Source: Candidatus Eiseniibacteriota bacterium (GTDB lineage Bacteria; Eisenbacteria; RBG-16-71-46; JABDJR01). From it: a stretch of 64,000 nucleotides of DNA. The stretch lies in the NCBI GenBank assembly GCA_963768615.1, contig CAVYIE010000005.1, forward strand, positions 343,821-407,820. The letters are read 5' to 3'. Made by a program: the position numbers and the translations under genes. Below are positions 26,934 through 37,312 of this stretch, in pieces (positions within the stretch are counted from its first letter, which is position 1; each line of letters opens with the position of its first letter). Below the pieces are notes generated by a model. That model did no database searches, was not told the DNA's origin, and worked only from the letters and a program-made list of their open reading frames with translations.

Positions 26934-28286
26934 TCAGTCCGCGCATCCCGCCCCCAAACGCGACTTCTGGAACTCGGACTTGACCAGGAAGCTCCCGGCC
27001 AGCACCACGTCCTCCGCGGGATCGAGGCCGGCGGTGACCGCCACCCGGTCCCCGTCCGCGGGCCGGGCCTCGACCCGGCGCACCTCGAAGAGCCCCGGCT
27101 CGTGCCGCACGAAGACGAAGGGGCGTCCGCCGAAGCGATGGACGGCGCCGCGGGGCACGGTCAGGGCGGTCTCCGCCGCGCCCACCGCCACCCGGGCCTC
27201 CACGAACATCCCGGAACGCAGGGTGCGGTCGGGGTTGGCCACCTCGGCCCGGGCCTCCACCATCCGCGTCCGGGGATCCACCTCGCCCGCGATCCAGGTC
27301 AGGCGGCCGGTCACCGGGGGCCCGTCGAACCCGGAGGGTTGGAGGACCACCTCCTGCCCCGGGCGCAACCGCCCCGCCGAGGCCTCGGGCACCGAGAGCA
27401 CCGCCCACAACCGGTCCAGGTCCGCCACCGCGAACAACGCGCGGCCGGCCTCGACCATCTCTCCCGCCACCGCCTCCCGCGCCACCACGGTGCCGGCGAG
27501 AGGAGCGCGGACGGGAAGCCCGCGAAGATCGGCCCCCTCCCCGGTGAGCGCGGCGAGGTCGGAATCGGCCAGCCCCATCCCCCGCAGGGCGGCTTCGGCC
27601 GCGCGGCGGGCGGCGTGGGCGCGCTCGTGCCGGGCCCGGGCCTCCAGAAGATCCCGCTCCGAGGAGACCCCGTTCTCGAACAGCTCGCTCTCGCGGTCCA
27701 CCGCCCGCTCCGCGGCCAGGTCCTCGGCCCGGGCGGCCAGGAGTTCGGCCTGGACCCCGGCCAGCCGCGGGGAGCGCAGCTCGGCCAGGAGGTCGCCCCG
27801 TTCCACCCGGCGCCCCACGTCCCCGTGCACCGCGGCCAGCACGCCCCCCGCGGCCGCGGTCACCCGCGCGTAGCGGGTCCGGTCGTACTCCAGGCGTCCC
27901 AGCACCACGACCGCGGACCCGGCCGGGCCGAAGCCGGCCCGCCCGGCGGCGATCCCCGCCTTCCCCGCGGACTCGACGGAGGGGAGGCGGATCCGGAGCC
28001 CCTGGCCGGGGAGGAGCCCGTCGGCCAGCTCGGGACGGCAGATGCCGCACTCGGTCTCGGGCAGGTCGTGCTCGACGCAGTAGAGCCCGTCGTGTCCGCC
28101 GTCCGGATCGGCACCGCCCGGCTGGACCGCGGCGTGGCCGTGACCGGCGTGGCCGTCGTGATCGCCGTGGCCGGGGGTTTCGGCGTGGGCGGCGGGGGAC
28201 TGCGGGCCGCCCTCCCCGGCGCACCCGGAAAGGCCGATCCCGGTCGAGAGCAGGAGGAAAACGGCGGCGAAGGTGATTCGGTTCAT
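26934..28286 (-). CDS. czcB: HME-RND membrane fusion protein (CzcB/CusB family) with His/Cys-rich N-terminal metal-binding extension
   Basis: After the signal peptide: ETPGHGDHDGHAGHGHAAVQPGG...LYCVEHDLPETECGICRPEL, followed by adaptor lipoyl and beta-barrel regions. Confidence 0.82.
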   Translation of the reverse strand: MNRITFAAVFLLLSTGIGLSGCAGEGGPQSPAAHAETPGHGDHDGHAGHGHAAVQPGGADPDGGHDGLYCVEHDLPETECGICRPELADGLLPGQGLRIRLPSVESAGKAGIAAGRAGFGPAGSAVVVLGRLEYDRTRYARVTAAAGGVLAAVHGDVGRRVERGDLLAELRSPRLAGVQAELLAARAEDLAAERAVDRESELFENGVSSERDLLEARARHERAHAARRAAEAALRGMGLADSDLAALTGEGADLRGLPVRAPLAGTVVAREAVAGEMVEAGRALFAVADLDRLWAVLSVPEASAGRLRPGQEVVLQPSGFDGPPVTGRLTWIAGEVDPRTRMVEARAEVANPDRTLRSGMFVEARVAVGAAETALTVPRGAVHRFGGRPFVFVRHEPGLFEVRRVEARPADGDRVAVTAGLDPAEDVVLAGSFLVKSEFQKSRLGAGCAD

Positions 28287-29638
28287 GGTCGGGCCTCCTC
28301 GGGCGGGTCGGGGGCGAGCGCGCGGCCCAGCAGGGCCTCCAGGCGGACCAGCGCGCGGTCGTGGTCGATGAGGGCCTCGGCGCGCGCACGCTCCACGTCG
28401 TTCAGCGCCGCCTCGGCCTCGAGTAGATGCAGGACGTCGAACTTGCCCCGGTCGTAACCCAGGCGGGTGCGCTCGGCGGCGGCCCGGGCCCGGGGTACGA
28501 CCTCCTCACGGTAGGCGCGGAGGAGATCGCCGGTGGCGGCGAAGGCGTCCAGCAGTTCGTCCAGTGTGAGGGCCAGGTCCCGACGGGCGGCGGCGGCCGA
28601 GGCCCCGGCGGCGGCGGCGCGGTGGCCGGCGTCCCGGCGGGCGGCGCCCTTGCCGTCGAAGAGGGGAAGGGAGACGCTCAGCCCCGCGGTCACGGCCCAG
28701 TCCGGATCGTCCGGCCGGCGCACGACCCCCAGCTCCGGCTCCACCTCCGGCCACCGTTCGCGACCCAGCCGCCGATGGCGGCGCCGTTCGCGCTCCTGGT
28801 CCCAGCGGGCGAGGAGCACCGCGGGGTGGCGTTCGAGGAGTTCACGCTCGAGGTCCGCGCGGGCGGGCAGCGCCGCCGATTCCCGGAGCGCGGCCGAGAC
28901 CGCGGCCGGGGCCTCGGGATCCGCGCCGCAGAGCCGGGCCAGGCGCCGGCGCGCCCGTTCGACGCCGCGCCCGGCCGCCTCCCGGTCGGCACGCGCCGCG
29001 TGGAGCTGCGCTTCCGCCCGCAGGCGCTCCACGTCCGGCGCCCGTCCGGCCTCGACCTGGCGGACCACCGCCTCCGCGGTCCGAACCGCGGTCTCCAGGA
29101 TGCGGTCCGCGATGCGCAGCCGTTCCCCGGCGGCCAGGAGGTCGTGAACCGACTCCCGGGCCCGGCCCCCCGCGTTCCGCCGCGCCTCGGCGTAGCCGAC
29201 CCGGGCGCCCTGGAGGGCGGCGTCCGCCTCGTCCGCCCGGGCTCCCCGGACCCCGAACAGGTCCACCGGCCACCCCAGGGAGAGGCTTCGCTCGGAGGCG
29301 TCGAGCCCCTCCCCCGGTTCCCAGGCGTCCGCCTCGGCGTGGAGGCGGGGGTTGGCCGGAGCTCCGGCCTGGACCCGGGCCGCGTCGGCGGCCAGTACCC
29401 GCTCCGCCGCCGCCCGCACCTCGGGATCGGCCGCCACCGCGAGGAGGACGGCCCGGTCGCGGTCCACCGAACCGAGCGCGGTGAGCGCGGGTTGGAGCCC
29501 CGCCCCCGGCCCGCCTTCCGGGGCCGGCGGCGGCTCGAGCAGCACCGCCGGCGCGCGGTAACCGGCCCCGCAGGCGGCGGCGAAGAGGGCGAGAACGGCG
29601 AGCGGAAGGGTCCGGCTCGCGCGGACGATGAGGGACAC
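28283..29638 (-). CDS. czcC: Outer membrane efflux protein (CzcC/TolC family) of the heavy-metal RND system
   Basis: 451 aa with signal peptide. Ala/Arg-rich coiled-coil repeats typical of OMF proteins. 4-nt overlap with czcB. Confidence 0.8.
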   Translation of the reverse strand: MSLIVRASRTLPLAVLALFAAACGAGYRAPAVLLEPPPAPEGGPGAGLQPALTALGSVDRDRAVLLAVAADPEVRAAAERVLAADAARVQAGAPANPRLHAEADAWEPGEGLDASERSLSLGWPVDLFGVRGARADEADAALQGARVGYAEARRNAGGRARESVHDLLAAGERLRIADRILETAVRTAEAVVRQVEAGRAPDVERLRAEAQLHAARADREAAGRGVERARRRLARLCGADPEAPAAVSAALRESAALPARADLERELLERHPAVLLARWDQERERRRHRRLGRERWPEVEPELGVVRRPDDPDWAVTAGLSVSLPLFDGKGAARRDAGHRAAAAGASAAAARRDLALTLDELLDAFAATGDLLRAYREEVVPRARAAAERTRLGYDRGKFDVLHLLEAEAALNDVERARAEALIDHDRALVRLEALLGRALAPDPPEEARP

Positions 29639-29751
29639 GGGATCTCTCCTGGGTGAACGGGGTCCCCGCGGAACGCGCGCCGGGGCGCGGGTTCACCGGG
29701 GACGGAGGCGGGCCCTCCGGGGGGCCGGGGGGATCGGGGCCGGGCCCGGTC

Positions 29752-30111
29752 TCAGGAGAGAAGGACGGTGGTGGAAATGTGGGGGGAGAGGGAGAGGGCG
29801 GGAGGCGCGGAGACGGGGAGCCGCGGGGCGCGGGGCGCCGCCCCGGCAACCGCTTGGCCATCCGGGCCTCCGGCGATCGCCGCCCCCGAGGCCCCGGGGG
29901 CCGGGGCGCGGTGGGCCGCGGCCATGGTCTGGCAGGGGCCGCACACCGCCCAGTCGCCGGCCGCCTCCACCTCCGCCCGGCAGCACTCGTCTCCGGGCTC
30001 CCCGGGGCAGCAATCGGCGGCCCAGGCCCCGCACAGGGACCCGGCCATGCCTCCGGGAAGGAGGAGCACGGCCAGCAGGGGCAGGATGAGAAGGTGGAGT
30101 CGTTGCTTCAT
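29752..30111 (-). CDS. Small secreted Cys-rich protein (119 aa), candidate periplasmic metal-binding protein / metallochaperone at the head of the czcCBA operon
   Basis: Signal peptide MKQRLHLLILPLLAVLLLPGGMAG, then CGAWAADCCPGEPGDECCRAEVEAAGDWAVCGPC (7 Cys in 35 aa). Confidence 0.5.
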   Translation of the reverse strand: MKQRLHLLILPLLAVLLLPGGMAGSLCGAWAADCCPGEPGDECCRAEVEAAGDWAVCGPCQTMAAAHRAPAPGASGAAIAGGPDGQAVAGAAPRAPRLPVSAPPALSLSPHISTTVLLS

Positions 30112-30273
30112 GGTGCTTGGGCGCCGGCCCCGGGAGCGACGATCGCGAAGGCCCGGCGTCCGCAGAGTATAACCGATCGGACCGGTCCGGATTCCACCCC
30201 GGGGGCGGCACTCCCCTCCCTGGAGGCGACAATCCCCCCTCGCGCGCAGGAATTCCCGACCGGAGAGCCCGGC

Positions 30274-30852
30274 TCAGCGCCGGCGCAGGCCCTCGACCAG
30301 GAGCAGGATCCGCTCCGGCTCCACCCCGGCCAGGCGGTTCAGACCCAGGGAGAGGAGGGCGGCCCCGAGGACGAAGAAGGCGAGGAGGGTCTCGGGCGGG
30401 TTGCCGGGAACCCGGATCCAGAGCGCAAGCCCGTACAGCGCGGCCGCCACCGGCACCCCGAGCCGGAGGGCGAGGAGCGCCGAGGCGAGGCGCGGCCCGG
30501 CCAGCCGGCCGGCCAGGCTGAGGCCGAACCGGAGGGTGACGGCGGTGAAGCCGAGGGCCAGGACCACCACCGAGAGGAGCATCTCCGCTCCCAGGATCAG
30601 GTTCCAGTCCAGGCCGCCGGGTCCCGGCAGCGCCCAGACCGCCGCCGCCAGCGCCGCCACCGCCGCGGCGAGCACCCCGGCGCGGAGGAGCGCGGCCACC
30701 ACGTGGTCCCGGGTGTTGCGGGCGGCCAGGGCGGCGGGATCGGAAGCCCGGCGGGCCAGGCCCCGGAACGCGGTCACCTGGGCCACGGGGAGCAGGATCA
30801 ACAGCGTCACCACCGCGGTGCGGAGCAGGCGGACGTAGGCTTCATCGGCCAC
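30274..30852 (-). CDS. Hypothetical polytopic membrane protein (Ala/Leu-rich, about 6 TM)
   Basis: ORF downstream of rex on the same strand (42-nt gap). Hydrophobic periodicity suggests TM helices. No recognisable motif; GC-bias artefact not excluded. Confidence 0.4.
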   Translation of the reverse strand: MADEAYVRLLRTAVVTLLILLPVAQVTAFRGLARRASDPAALAARNTRDHVVAALLRAGVLAAAVAALAAAVWALPGPGGLDWNLILGAEMLLSVVVLALGFTAVTLRFGLSLAGRLAGPRLASALLALRLGVPVAAALYGLALWIRVPGNPPETLLAFFVLGAALLSLGLNRLAGVEPERILLLVEGLRRR

Positions 30853-30894
30853 CGGCGGCCCTCCCCGGTCCTCCGGGCGGTTTCGCGGCGGGGG

Positions 30895-31533
30895 TCACTT
30901 GAGCGCGAACGAGAGGCTCTCCAGCTCGATGGCCAGGTTCACGTTCCGCAACCTCACCTCGTCGGGCACGAACAGCTTGCGGGGGGCGAAGTTGAGGATC
31001 CCGGGGATTCCCGCCCGGACCATGAGGTCGGCCACCTCCTGGGCGGCGGCGGCGGGGGTGGTGATGATCCCGATCTGCAGATCCAGGTTCCGGACGTGGC
31101 CGGCGAACTCCTCCACCGGCTGCACCTGCAGCCCGTTCCAGGCCTGGCCGAACTTCTCCGGATCGTTGTCGAACACGGCCAGGATCTCGAACCCCTCCCG
31201 GGCGAACTCCTTGTAGGCGACCAGGGCGTGGGCCAGGTTCCCCGCCCCCACCAGGCATACCCGCCACCGGCGGTCGAGGCCGAGGATGCTCCGGATCTCG
31301 GCCTGGAGCTTGACCACCGAGTAGCCGGTGCCCCGCTTCCCGAAGTGGCCGAACAGCGAGAGGTCCTTCCGGACCTGGGCCGGGGTGGCCCCGGCCCGCC
31401 GGGCCAGGCCGTAGGAGGAGACGGTGGTCTCGCCCTCCCCCCGCAATTCCCCCAGCACCCGGTAGTAGCCGGAGATCCGCCGGACCGCGTAATCGGAGAT
31501 GCGGGGCTCCTCGACGGGCGGCCCCACGCTCAC
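30895..31533 (-). CDS. rex: Redox-sensing transcriptional repressor Rex
   Basis: wHTH segment [35 protein letters not shown] and Rossmann-type NAD(H)-binding motif [13 protein letters not shown]. 4-nt overlap with gyrA. Confidence 0.9.
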   Translation of the reverse strand: MSVGPPVEEPRISDYAVRRISGYYRVLGELRGEGETTVSSYGLARRAGATPAQVRKDLSLFGHFGKRGTGYSVVKLQAEIRSILGLDRRWRVCLVGAGNLAHALVAYKEFAREGFEILAVFDNDPEKFGQAWNGLQVQPVEEFAGHVRNLDLQIGIITTPAAAAQEVADLMVRAGIPGILNFAPRKLFVPDEVRLRNVNLAIELESLSFALK

Positions 31534-34109
31534 GCGCCATCCCCGGAGCCGGCCCCATCGTCGTCCCCGTCGTCCTCCCCGTGTTCCCCGGTCGCTCCGG
31601 TCTCCTGTCCCGCGTCCCCGGCGGACTCCGCCGGATCGCCGTCGGGTCCGGCCTCCGCCTCCACGCTGGCCTCGTCCTGCTCGGAGAGGATCCGGGCCAC
31701 GTCGGCCACCGTGTCCTCGTCCTCCAGGTTGATGAGCCGCACCCCCTGGGTGGCCCGGCCCAGCACCGACACGTCCCTGATGGGAAGCCGGATCACGATC
31801 CCGTTCCGGGTGGTGATCATCAGCTCGTCGTCGCTCTTCACCTCGCGGATGGCCAGGAGGTTCCCGATCCGGGCCGAGGGCTTGATGGTGATGATCCCCT
31901 TGCCCCCGCGTCCGGTAAGCCGGTACTCGTCCACCGGACTCCGCTTCCCGTAGCCCCGGTCGGTCACGGCGAGGATCTCGGAGTCGTCGCGCCGGAGCAC
32001 GATCATCCCGATCACCGCGTCGTCGCCGCCGTCCAGGGTCACCCCGCGGACCCCCCGGGCGGTCCTCCCCATGGGCCGGACCGCGTCCTCGGCGAAACGG
32101 ATGGCCTTGCCCTTGGCCTTGGCCAGCACCACCTCCCGGCTCCCGTCGGTCATGGCCACGTCGATGATCTCGTCGTCCTCGGCCAGGCCGATGGCGATGA
32201 TCCCGTCCCGGCGCACGTTGGAGTAGGCGGGGAGCTCGGTCTTCTTGACCTGGCCCTTGCGGGTGGCGAAGAAGAGGAAGTGGTTGGCGTCGAAGTCCTT
32301 GACCGCGGCCACGGACGCGATGCGCTCGCCCGGCCGCAGCATGACCAGGTTCACGATGGCCTTCCCCTTGGCCGTGCGGCCGGCCTGGGGGATCTCGTGC
32401 ACCTTGAGCCAGTACACCCGCCCGGTGTTGGTGAACACCAGCACGTAGGCGTGGGTGGAGGCGATGAACAGGTGCTCGATGAAGTCGTCCTCGCGGGTGG
32501 TCTGGCCGGTCACCCCGCGCCCCCCGCGCCGCTGGCGGCGGTAGGTGTTGACCGGGAGGCGCTTGATGTACCCGAGGTGGCTGATCGAGATGACCATGTC
32601 CTCCTCGGCGATCAGGTCCTCGACCGAGAACTCGCCCTCGGCGGCCTGGATCTCGGTGCGGCGGGCGTCGCCGTACTTGGCCTTCAGGTCCATCATCTCG
32701 CCCTGGATGAGCTCCAGGACCCGCCGCTCGCTGGCCAGGATCTCCTTGTACTCGGCGATCAGCCGCTGCAGCTCGGCGTACTCGGCCTCGATCTTGCCCC
32801 GCTCCAGGCCGGTGAGCCGGGCCAGGCGCATGTCCAGGATGGCCTGGGCCTGGACGTCGGAGAGCTCGAACCGGCCCATCAACGCCGACTTGGCCTCGGC
32901 GGTGTCCTTGCTGGCGCGGATGATCTTGACGATCTCGTCGATGTTGTCGAGGGCGATGAGCAGGCCCTCGAGGATGTGGGCCCGCTTCTCGGCCTGGTCC
33001 AGATCGTAGCGGGTCCGCCGGATGATCACGTCCCGGCGGTGATTGATGAAGTGCTGGACCATCTGGCGCAGGGTCATGGTCTCGGGCCGGCCGTTGACCA
33101 GGGCCAGCAGGTTGGCGCCGAAGGTCTGCTGCATCTGGGTGTGCTTGTAGAGCTGGTTCAGGATGACCTGGCTGGCCGCGTCCCGCTTGAGCTCGATGAC
33201 GATGCGGAGCCCCTGGCGGTCGGACTCGTCGCGGAGGTCGGAGATCCCGCTGATGGCTCCGGAGCGGACCAGGTCGGCGATCTTCTCCAGCAGCGCCGAC
33301 TTGTTGACCATGTAGGGGATCTCGGAGACCACGATCACCTCGCGCCCGGTTTCCAGCACCTCGATGATCGCGCGGGCGCGGACGGTGATCAGCCCCCGCC
33401 CGGTGGTGTAGGCGTTGCGGATCCCCTCGCGGCCCATGATGATGCCGCCGGTGGGGAAGTCGGGCCCGGGAACCAGGGCCAGCATGTCCTCGTCGGTCAG
33501 CTCCGGATTGTCGATGAGTTCGCTCACCGCGTCGCAGATCTCGTTCATGTTGTGGGGGGGGACGTTGGTGGCCATCCCCACCGCGATCCCGGTGGCCCCG
33601 TTGCAGAGCAGGTTGGGAACCCGGCCCGGCAGCACCACCGGCTCCTCGCGCACGTTCTCGTAGTTGGGCCGGAAATCGACCGTCTCCCGCTCGATCTCGG
33701 CCAGGGTCTCCATGCCCACCGCGGCGAGGCGCGCCTCGGTGTACCGCTCCGCCGCGGCGGAGTCGCCGTCGATGCTTCCGAAGTTCCCCTGGCCGTCCAC
33801 CAGCGGGTACCGCATGGAGAACTCCTGGGCCAGACGGACCATGGCGTCGTAGATGGCCGAGGTCCCGTGCGGGTGGTAGTTTCCGTTCACGTCCCCGGTG
33901 ATCTTGGCGCTCTTCCGATAGGGGCGGTCCGGGGCCAGGTTCAGGTCGTTCATCGCGACCAGGATCCGGCGCTGGACCGGCTTCAGCCCGTCCCGGACAT
34001 CGGGCAGGGCGCGGTTGACGATGACCGACATCGAGTAGTCGAGGTACGCGGTGCGCATCTCGTCTTCGATGGCGGCCGGGACCACGCGCTTCCCAGCATC
34101 TTCTGCCAT
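31530..34109 (-). CDS. gyrA: DNA gyrase subunit A
   Basis: [39 protein letters not shown] (active-site Tyr region), the C-terminal beta-pinwheel region (GyrA-box absence/presence not checked) and an acidic tail. Confidence 0.97.
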   Translation of the reverse strand: MAEDAGKRVVPAAIEDEMRTAYLDYSMSVIVNRALPDVRDGLKPVQRRILVAMNDLNLAPDRPYRKSAKITGDVNGNYHPHGTSAIYDAMVRLAQEFSMRYPLVDGQGNFGSIDGDSAAAERYTEARLAAVGMETLAEIERETVDFRPNYENVREEPVVLPGRVPNLLCNGATGIAVGMATNVPPHNMNEICDAVSELIDNPELTDEDMLALVPGPDFPTGGIIMGREGIRNAYTTGRGLITVRARAIIEVLETGREVIVVSEIPYMVNKSALLEKIADLVRSGAISGISDLRDESDRQGLRIVIELKRDAASQVILNQLYKHTQMQQTFGANLLALVNGRPETMTLRQMVQHFINHRRDVIIRRTRYDLDQAEKRAHILEGLLIALDNIDEIVKIIRASKDTAEAKSALMGRFELSDVQAQAILDMRLARLTGLERGKIEAEYAELQRLIAEYKEILASERRVLELIQGEMMDLKAKYGDARRTEIQAAEGEFSVEDLIAEEDMVISISHLGYIKRLPVNTYRRQRRGGRGVTGQTTREDDFIEHLFIASTHAYVLVFTNTGRVYWLKVHEIPQAGRTAKGKAIVNLVMLRPGERIASVAAVKDFDANHFLFFATRKGQVKKTELPAYSNVRRDGIIAIGLAEDDEIIDVAMTDGSREVVLAKAKGKAIRFAEDAVRPMGRTARGVRGVTLDGGDDAVIGMIVLRRDDSEILAVTDRGYGKRSPVDEYRLTGRGGKGIITIKPSARIGNLLAIREVKSDDELMITTRNGIVIRLPIRDVSVLGRATQGVRLINLEDEDTVADVARILSEQDEASVEAEAGPDGDPAESAGDAGQETGATGEHGEDDGDDDGAGSGDGA

Positions 34110-34413
34110 GTTATCTCCTTGGCTCTTAATATTTTACGAGGCTTCGCGGGCGGGGCGCGGCGATCCCGGCCGGGGACCGCGGCGATGGCGTCTCAGGGTG
34201 CACGGTCCGAGGGGAATCGGCCGGGCCCGCGGATGGGTGACCCTCATCCCGAGAGGCGGGTTGCCCTCCTACGCACTTCCCCGAATTATAAGGGTTTAGA
34301 CTATCCGGGACCATTGATTTTCGAGGGCCTCCGCGCCCGTATAATGAACCGCGACCCGGACGGCCCTGCCCCATCCTCCCGCGCCGTCCCGCACCCTGAC
34401 CGAAGGAGATCCC

Positions 34414-34755
34414 ATGGCCGGACTGTCCGCCAAGACCTGCGTCCCCTGCCGGGGCGGAGTGCCTCCCCTGGCCGGGGAGGAGCTCGCCCGGCTCCACCGT
34501 GAGCTGGACCAACACTGGAAGCTCGTCGACGACCACCACCTGGAGAAGAGCTACGCCTTCCCGGACTTCCGGCAGGCCTTCGAGTTCGTGAAGCGGGTGG
34601 GGGAGATGTGCGAGGAGCAGGGCCACCACGGGGACATCCTGCTGGCCTGGGGCCGGGTGACCCTCACCGTGTGGACCCACAAGATCGACGGCCTCACCGA
34701 GAGCGACTTCGTGTGGGCGGCCAAGGCGGAGGACCTGCTCAAAGCGGCAGGGTGA
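34414..34755 (+). CDS. 4a-hydroxytetrahydrobiopterin dehydratase (pterin-4-alpha-carbinolamine dehydratase, PhhB/PCD)
   Basis: 113 aa. HHLEKSYAFPDFRQAFEFVKRVGEMCEEQGHHGDILLAWGRVTLTVWTH matches the PCD signature [EDKH]-x(3)-H-[HN]-P-x(5,6)-[YW]-x(12)-H-D. Candidate TTGATT-19-TATAAT promoter at 34313-34343. Confidence 0.9.
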   Translation: MAGLSAKTCVPCRGGVPPLAGEELARLHRELDQHWKLVDDHHLEKSYAFPDFRQAFEFVKRVGEMCEEQGHHGDILLAWGRVTLTVWTHKIDGLTESDFVWAAKAEDLLKAAG

Positions 34756-35887
34756 GCGACCAGCGGGCGAAGGGCCGGGAGGGCTGGAAGTCGGCGTCCA
34801 GGACCGCGTCGAGGCGAAGGCCCCGCCACACCCAGCCGGCCCCGACGGCGATGGCGGGGTCTCCCAGGGTACGGCTCCGTCTCACCCGGTCGACCCGGTA
34901 GCGGCCGGTCCATTCCTCACTCGTCCGGGTGCGCCGGTCGCCGATCCCGCCCGAGACTCCGGCCCGGACGGTCAGCGTTCCCGCCGCCCGTCGCTCTCCG
35001 GAGAGGAAGAGCCGGGCGGTCAGCTCCTCCTCCGCCCGGTACTCGCGAGTGAACTGATTCCCGGCGGGACTGAACCCGGGGATGCGGTCCTGGGCCCAGC
35101 TGGCCTCCAGGCCCGCCACCAGGTCCTGCCCATCGCCGGAGAGGAACCTCCAGGCCGCCGCCGCCTCTATCCCGCGCTCGACCATCGACCAGGGAGGAGC
35201 GGGTTGTGGGTCCGCTCCCGCGTCCCGGTAGCTCAGCCGGACCGCGGCGAGAAGCCCCGTAGCGGGGGCCAGGGTACGGATTCCCGCCCCCAGCACGTAG
35301 CCGGTCCCGGGGCCCAAGCGCCAGGGTTCGACCCCGGACCCGGTTATCAGGTCGGCCAGGTACCGGGAACGGCCCTCGTAGCGGCCCGGACCGCCGGCCA
35401 CGGTCATCTCCACCGTTCGGCCGGATGCGCTTTCCAGGTGAAGTCCGGCGGCCAGCCTCAGCTCGCGGACCCGGTAGAACCGGCTGTATTCCTCCATGAG
35501 GCGCGTCCCGTCGGACGCGGTCTGCCGGTCCCGGGAAACCAGATCCCGGTATCCCAGGGCCAGACCCCACCGGCCGGCCCCGGCCAGGACCAGGTTCTGG
35601 GTTTCCCCCTGCAGCAGCCATCCGGCGCGGGTTCCGCCGGAGGTGAGAGCCAGGGCGCGGTCCCGGTCCACGACCAGGCCGCCCTCCAGCACCGCCGCCG
35701 CTCCCGGCCAGTCCCGCAGGCCGGACGGGTCGAGGGCCAGATCGGGGGGAAGCCCGCGGCCCTGGAGCGCGGCCATCGAGGCCTCGGCGGGCGGGCGGCC
35801 GAGGGTCAGGAAGAGGACCAGGGCGCCCAGGGCGGGCAGCAGGCCCCGGCCCGCGCCGCCCCGAAGGACCTCTCCCGGCGTCACCAT
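34739..35887 (-). CDS. Putative outer-membrane beta-barrel protein (383 aa), paralogue of the upstream gene
   Basis: Start at internal ATG 35887 (MVTPGEV...), overlapping the upstream gene's stop (ATGGTGA). Has a signal-peptide-like N-terminus. Alternating-hydrophobic strands run to the C-terminus (...FARWSLTLPL). The last 60 aa resemble the upstream paralogue. Confidence 0.55.
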   Translation of the reverse strand: MVTPGEVLRGGAGRGLLPALGALVLFLTLGRPPAEASMAALQGRGLPPDLALDPSGLRDWPGAAAVLEGGLVVDRDRALALTSGGTRAGWLLQGETQNLVLAGAGRWGLALGYRDLVSRDRQTASDGTRLMEEYSRFYRVRELRLAAGLHLESASGRTVEMTVAGGPGRYEGRSRYLADLITGSGVEPWRLGPGTGYVLGAGIRTLAPATGLLAAVRLSYRDAGADPQPAPPWSMVERGIEAAAAWRFLSGDGQDLVAGLEASWAQDRIPGFSPAGNQFTREYRAEEELTARLFLSGERRAAGTLTVRAGVSGGIGDRRTRTSEEWTGRYRVDRVRRSRTLGDPAIAVGAGWVWRGLRLDAVLDADFQPSRPFARWSLTLPL

Positions 35888-37086
35888 GCCAGGCTCGCCG
35901 CCCAGCGGACGAAGGGGTTGTAGAGGTAGACGGTGGACCCCAGGTAGGCGTCCACGGTCACCGCCCGCCAGAGCCATCCCCCACCCAGCACCACCTCGGG
36001 ATCGGCGATGCTCCCTCCCGACTCCCGCCGGATCTGGAACCTGGGAGTCTCCGAGTCCCCGGAGGGAGTCGTCGTCTCCTCCACCGCGAAGCGGATCGGC
36101 CCCCGCACCCCGGCCCGGGCGGTCCACCCGGATCCCAGCCCGGTCTCCAGGGAGGCGAAGACCAGCCCCTGGTAGGTGGTGAGATGAACCTCCCGTGCGG
36201 TGCTGGACACGCTCAACTCGTGGGTGTCGTTCCAGCCGGCGGAGAAGCCGATCACCGCGTCGTCCACGTGCCGGGGATGCAGGCGCCACCCCAGGTCGAG
36301 GGTGGCGCCGCGCCGGCGGGCCCGGAGGCCGGTGATGTTGGTGAAGCGGGGCCGCAGATCCTGGTAGTACGCGGCGGCGGCGAACTGGAAGCCGGGCTCC
36401 GGGGTCACGCTCTGGACCGCGAACTCGCCCCCCAGGCCCTCGCGGGTCGTCCAGCCCAGACGGGTCACGGTGAGCTCGTCGTCCTGGATCTCCACGTCCT
36501 CGTTGGTCCCCTCGGCGTGGACCAGCGTGGCCGCGATCCCGATCTGCACCGCCCGCCCGGACGCGGCACGGTGCGACCAGCCCCCTCCCAGCCGGAAGTC
36601 CCGCTCCCAGTTCTCCTCGTCGCCGGTCTCGTACCGGTAGGCGTCCCCCAGCACGTTCAGGTTCTCGTCCTGGAAGCGTTCGAAGCGGTCCTGGAACCCC
36701 GCGGTGAGGCCCCATCCCCCGGGAAAGGAGACCAGCAGGTTGTGGCTCCGGCCGTCCAGGATGTAGCCGACCCGCGTCCCCGCTCCCCCCAGGGCCATGA
36801 CGAACGCGTTGGCGGGATTGCTGGTGCTGATGCCGGCGATGCTACCGGAGACGAAGGTGGTGTATCCGTTCTGGGCGTACTCCAGGTCCATTCGGGGCTC
36901 GAACCAGGTCCCGGAGCCGGGGAAGGTGCGGAGATTGGAATCGTCCACGGCCAGGAGCCGGGGGAGCGAGCGGCCGTCCAACGCCGAGCGGGAGGCCCGC
37001 GCGGGGGCAACCGGACCGGCGGGGAGCAGGACCAGGGCGGTTAAGGCGGCGGCGGCAAGCCGGCGGGCGCGGCCGGGTCGGTGCAT
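35881..37086 (-). CDS. Putative outer-membrane beta-barrel protein (401 aa) with signal peptide; C-terminal aromatic residue
   Basis: MHRPGRARRLAAAALTALVLLPAGPVAPARA signal. Amphipathic beta-strand pattern. Ends ...YLYNPFVRWAASLAW. Confidence 0.6.
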   Translation of the reverse strand: MHRPGRARRLAAAALTALVLLPAGPVAPARASRSALDGRSLPRLLAVDDSNLRTFPGSGTWFEPRMDLEYAQNGYTTFVSGSIAGISTSNPANAFVMALGGAGTRVGYILDGRSHNLLVSFPGGWGLTAGFQDRFERFQDENLNVLGDAYRYETGDEENWERDFRLGGGWSHRAASGRAVQIGIAATLVHAEGTNEDVEIQDDELTVTRLGWTTREGLGGEFAVQSVTPEPGFQFAAAAYYQDLRPRFTNITGLRARRRGATLDLGWRLHPRHVDDAVIGFSAGWNDTHELSVSSTAREVHLTTYQGLVFASLETGLGSGWTARAGVRGPIRFAVEETTTPSGDSETPRFQIRRESGGSIADPEVVLGGGWLWRAVTVDAYLGSTVYLYNPFVRWAASLAW

Positions 37087-37312
37087 GTGGAATCCCCCTT
37101 CCGCCCCTCCGGACGGCTCGGTGTCCGCGGTCCCGGGACCCCGGCGCGGATGAGGGGGTGCATCCTCGGCGGGATGCCGGTTTGAGAAGCATGGCGCGCG
37201 GCCGGGACCGCGTCCGGAAGTTATACAAGCAGACGGAGGCGGGCACCAGCCCGGAATGACGGCGGCGTGCGAAGCGCGGCCGGGGCCGCACCGGTCCGGG
37301 GGACGGGACCGG

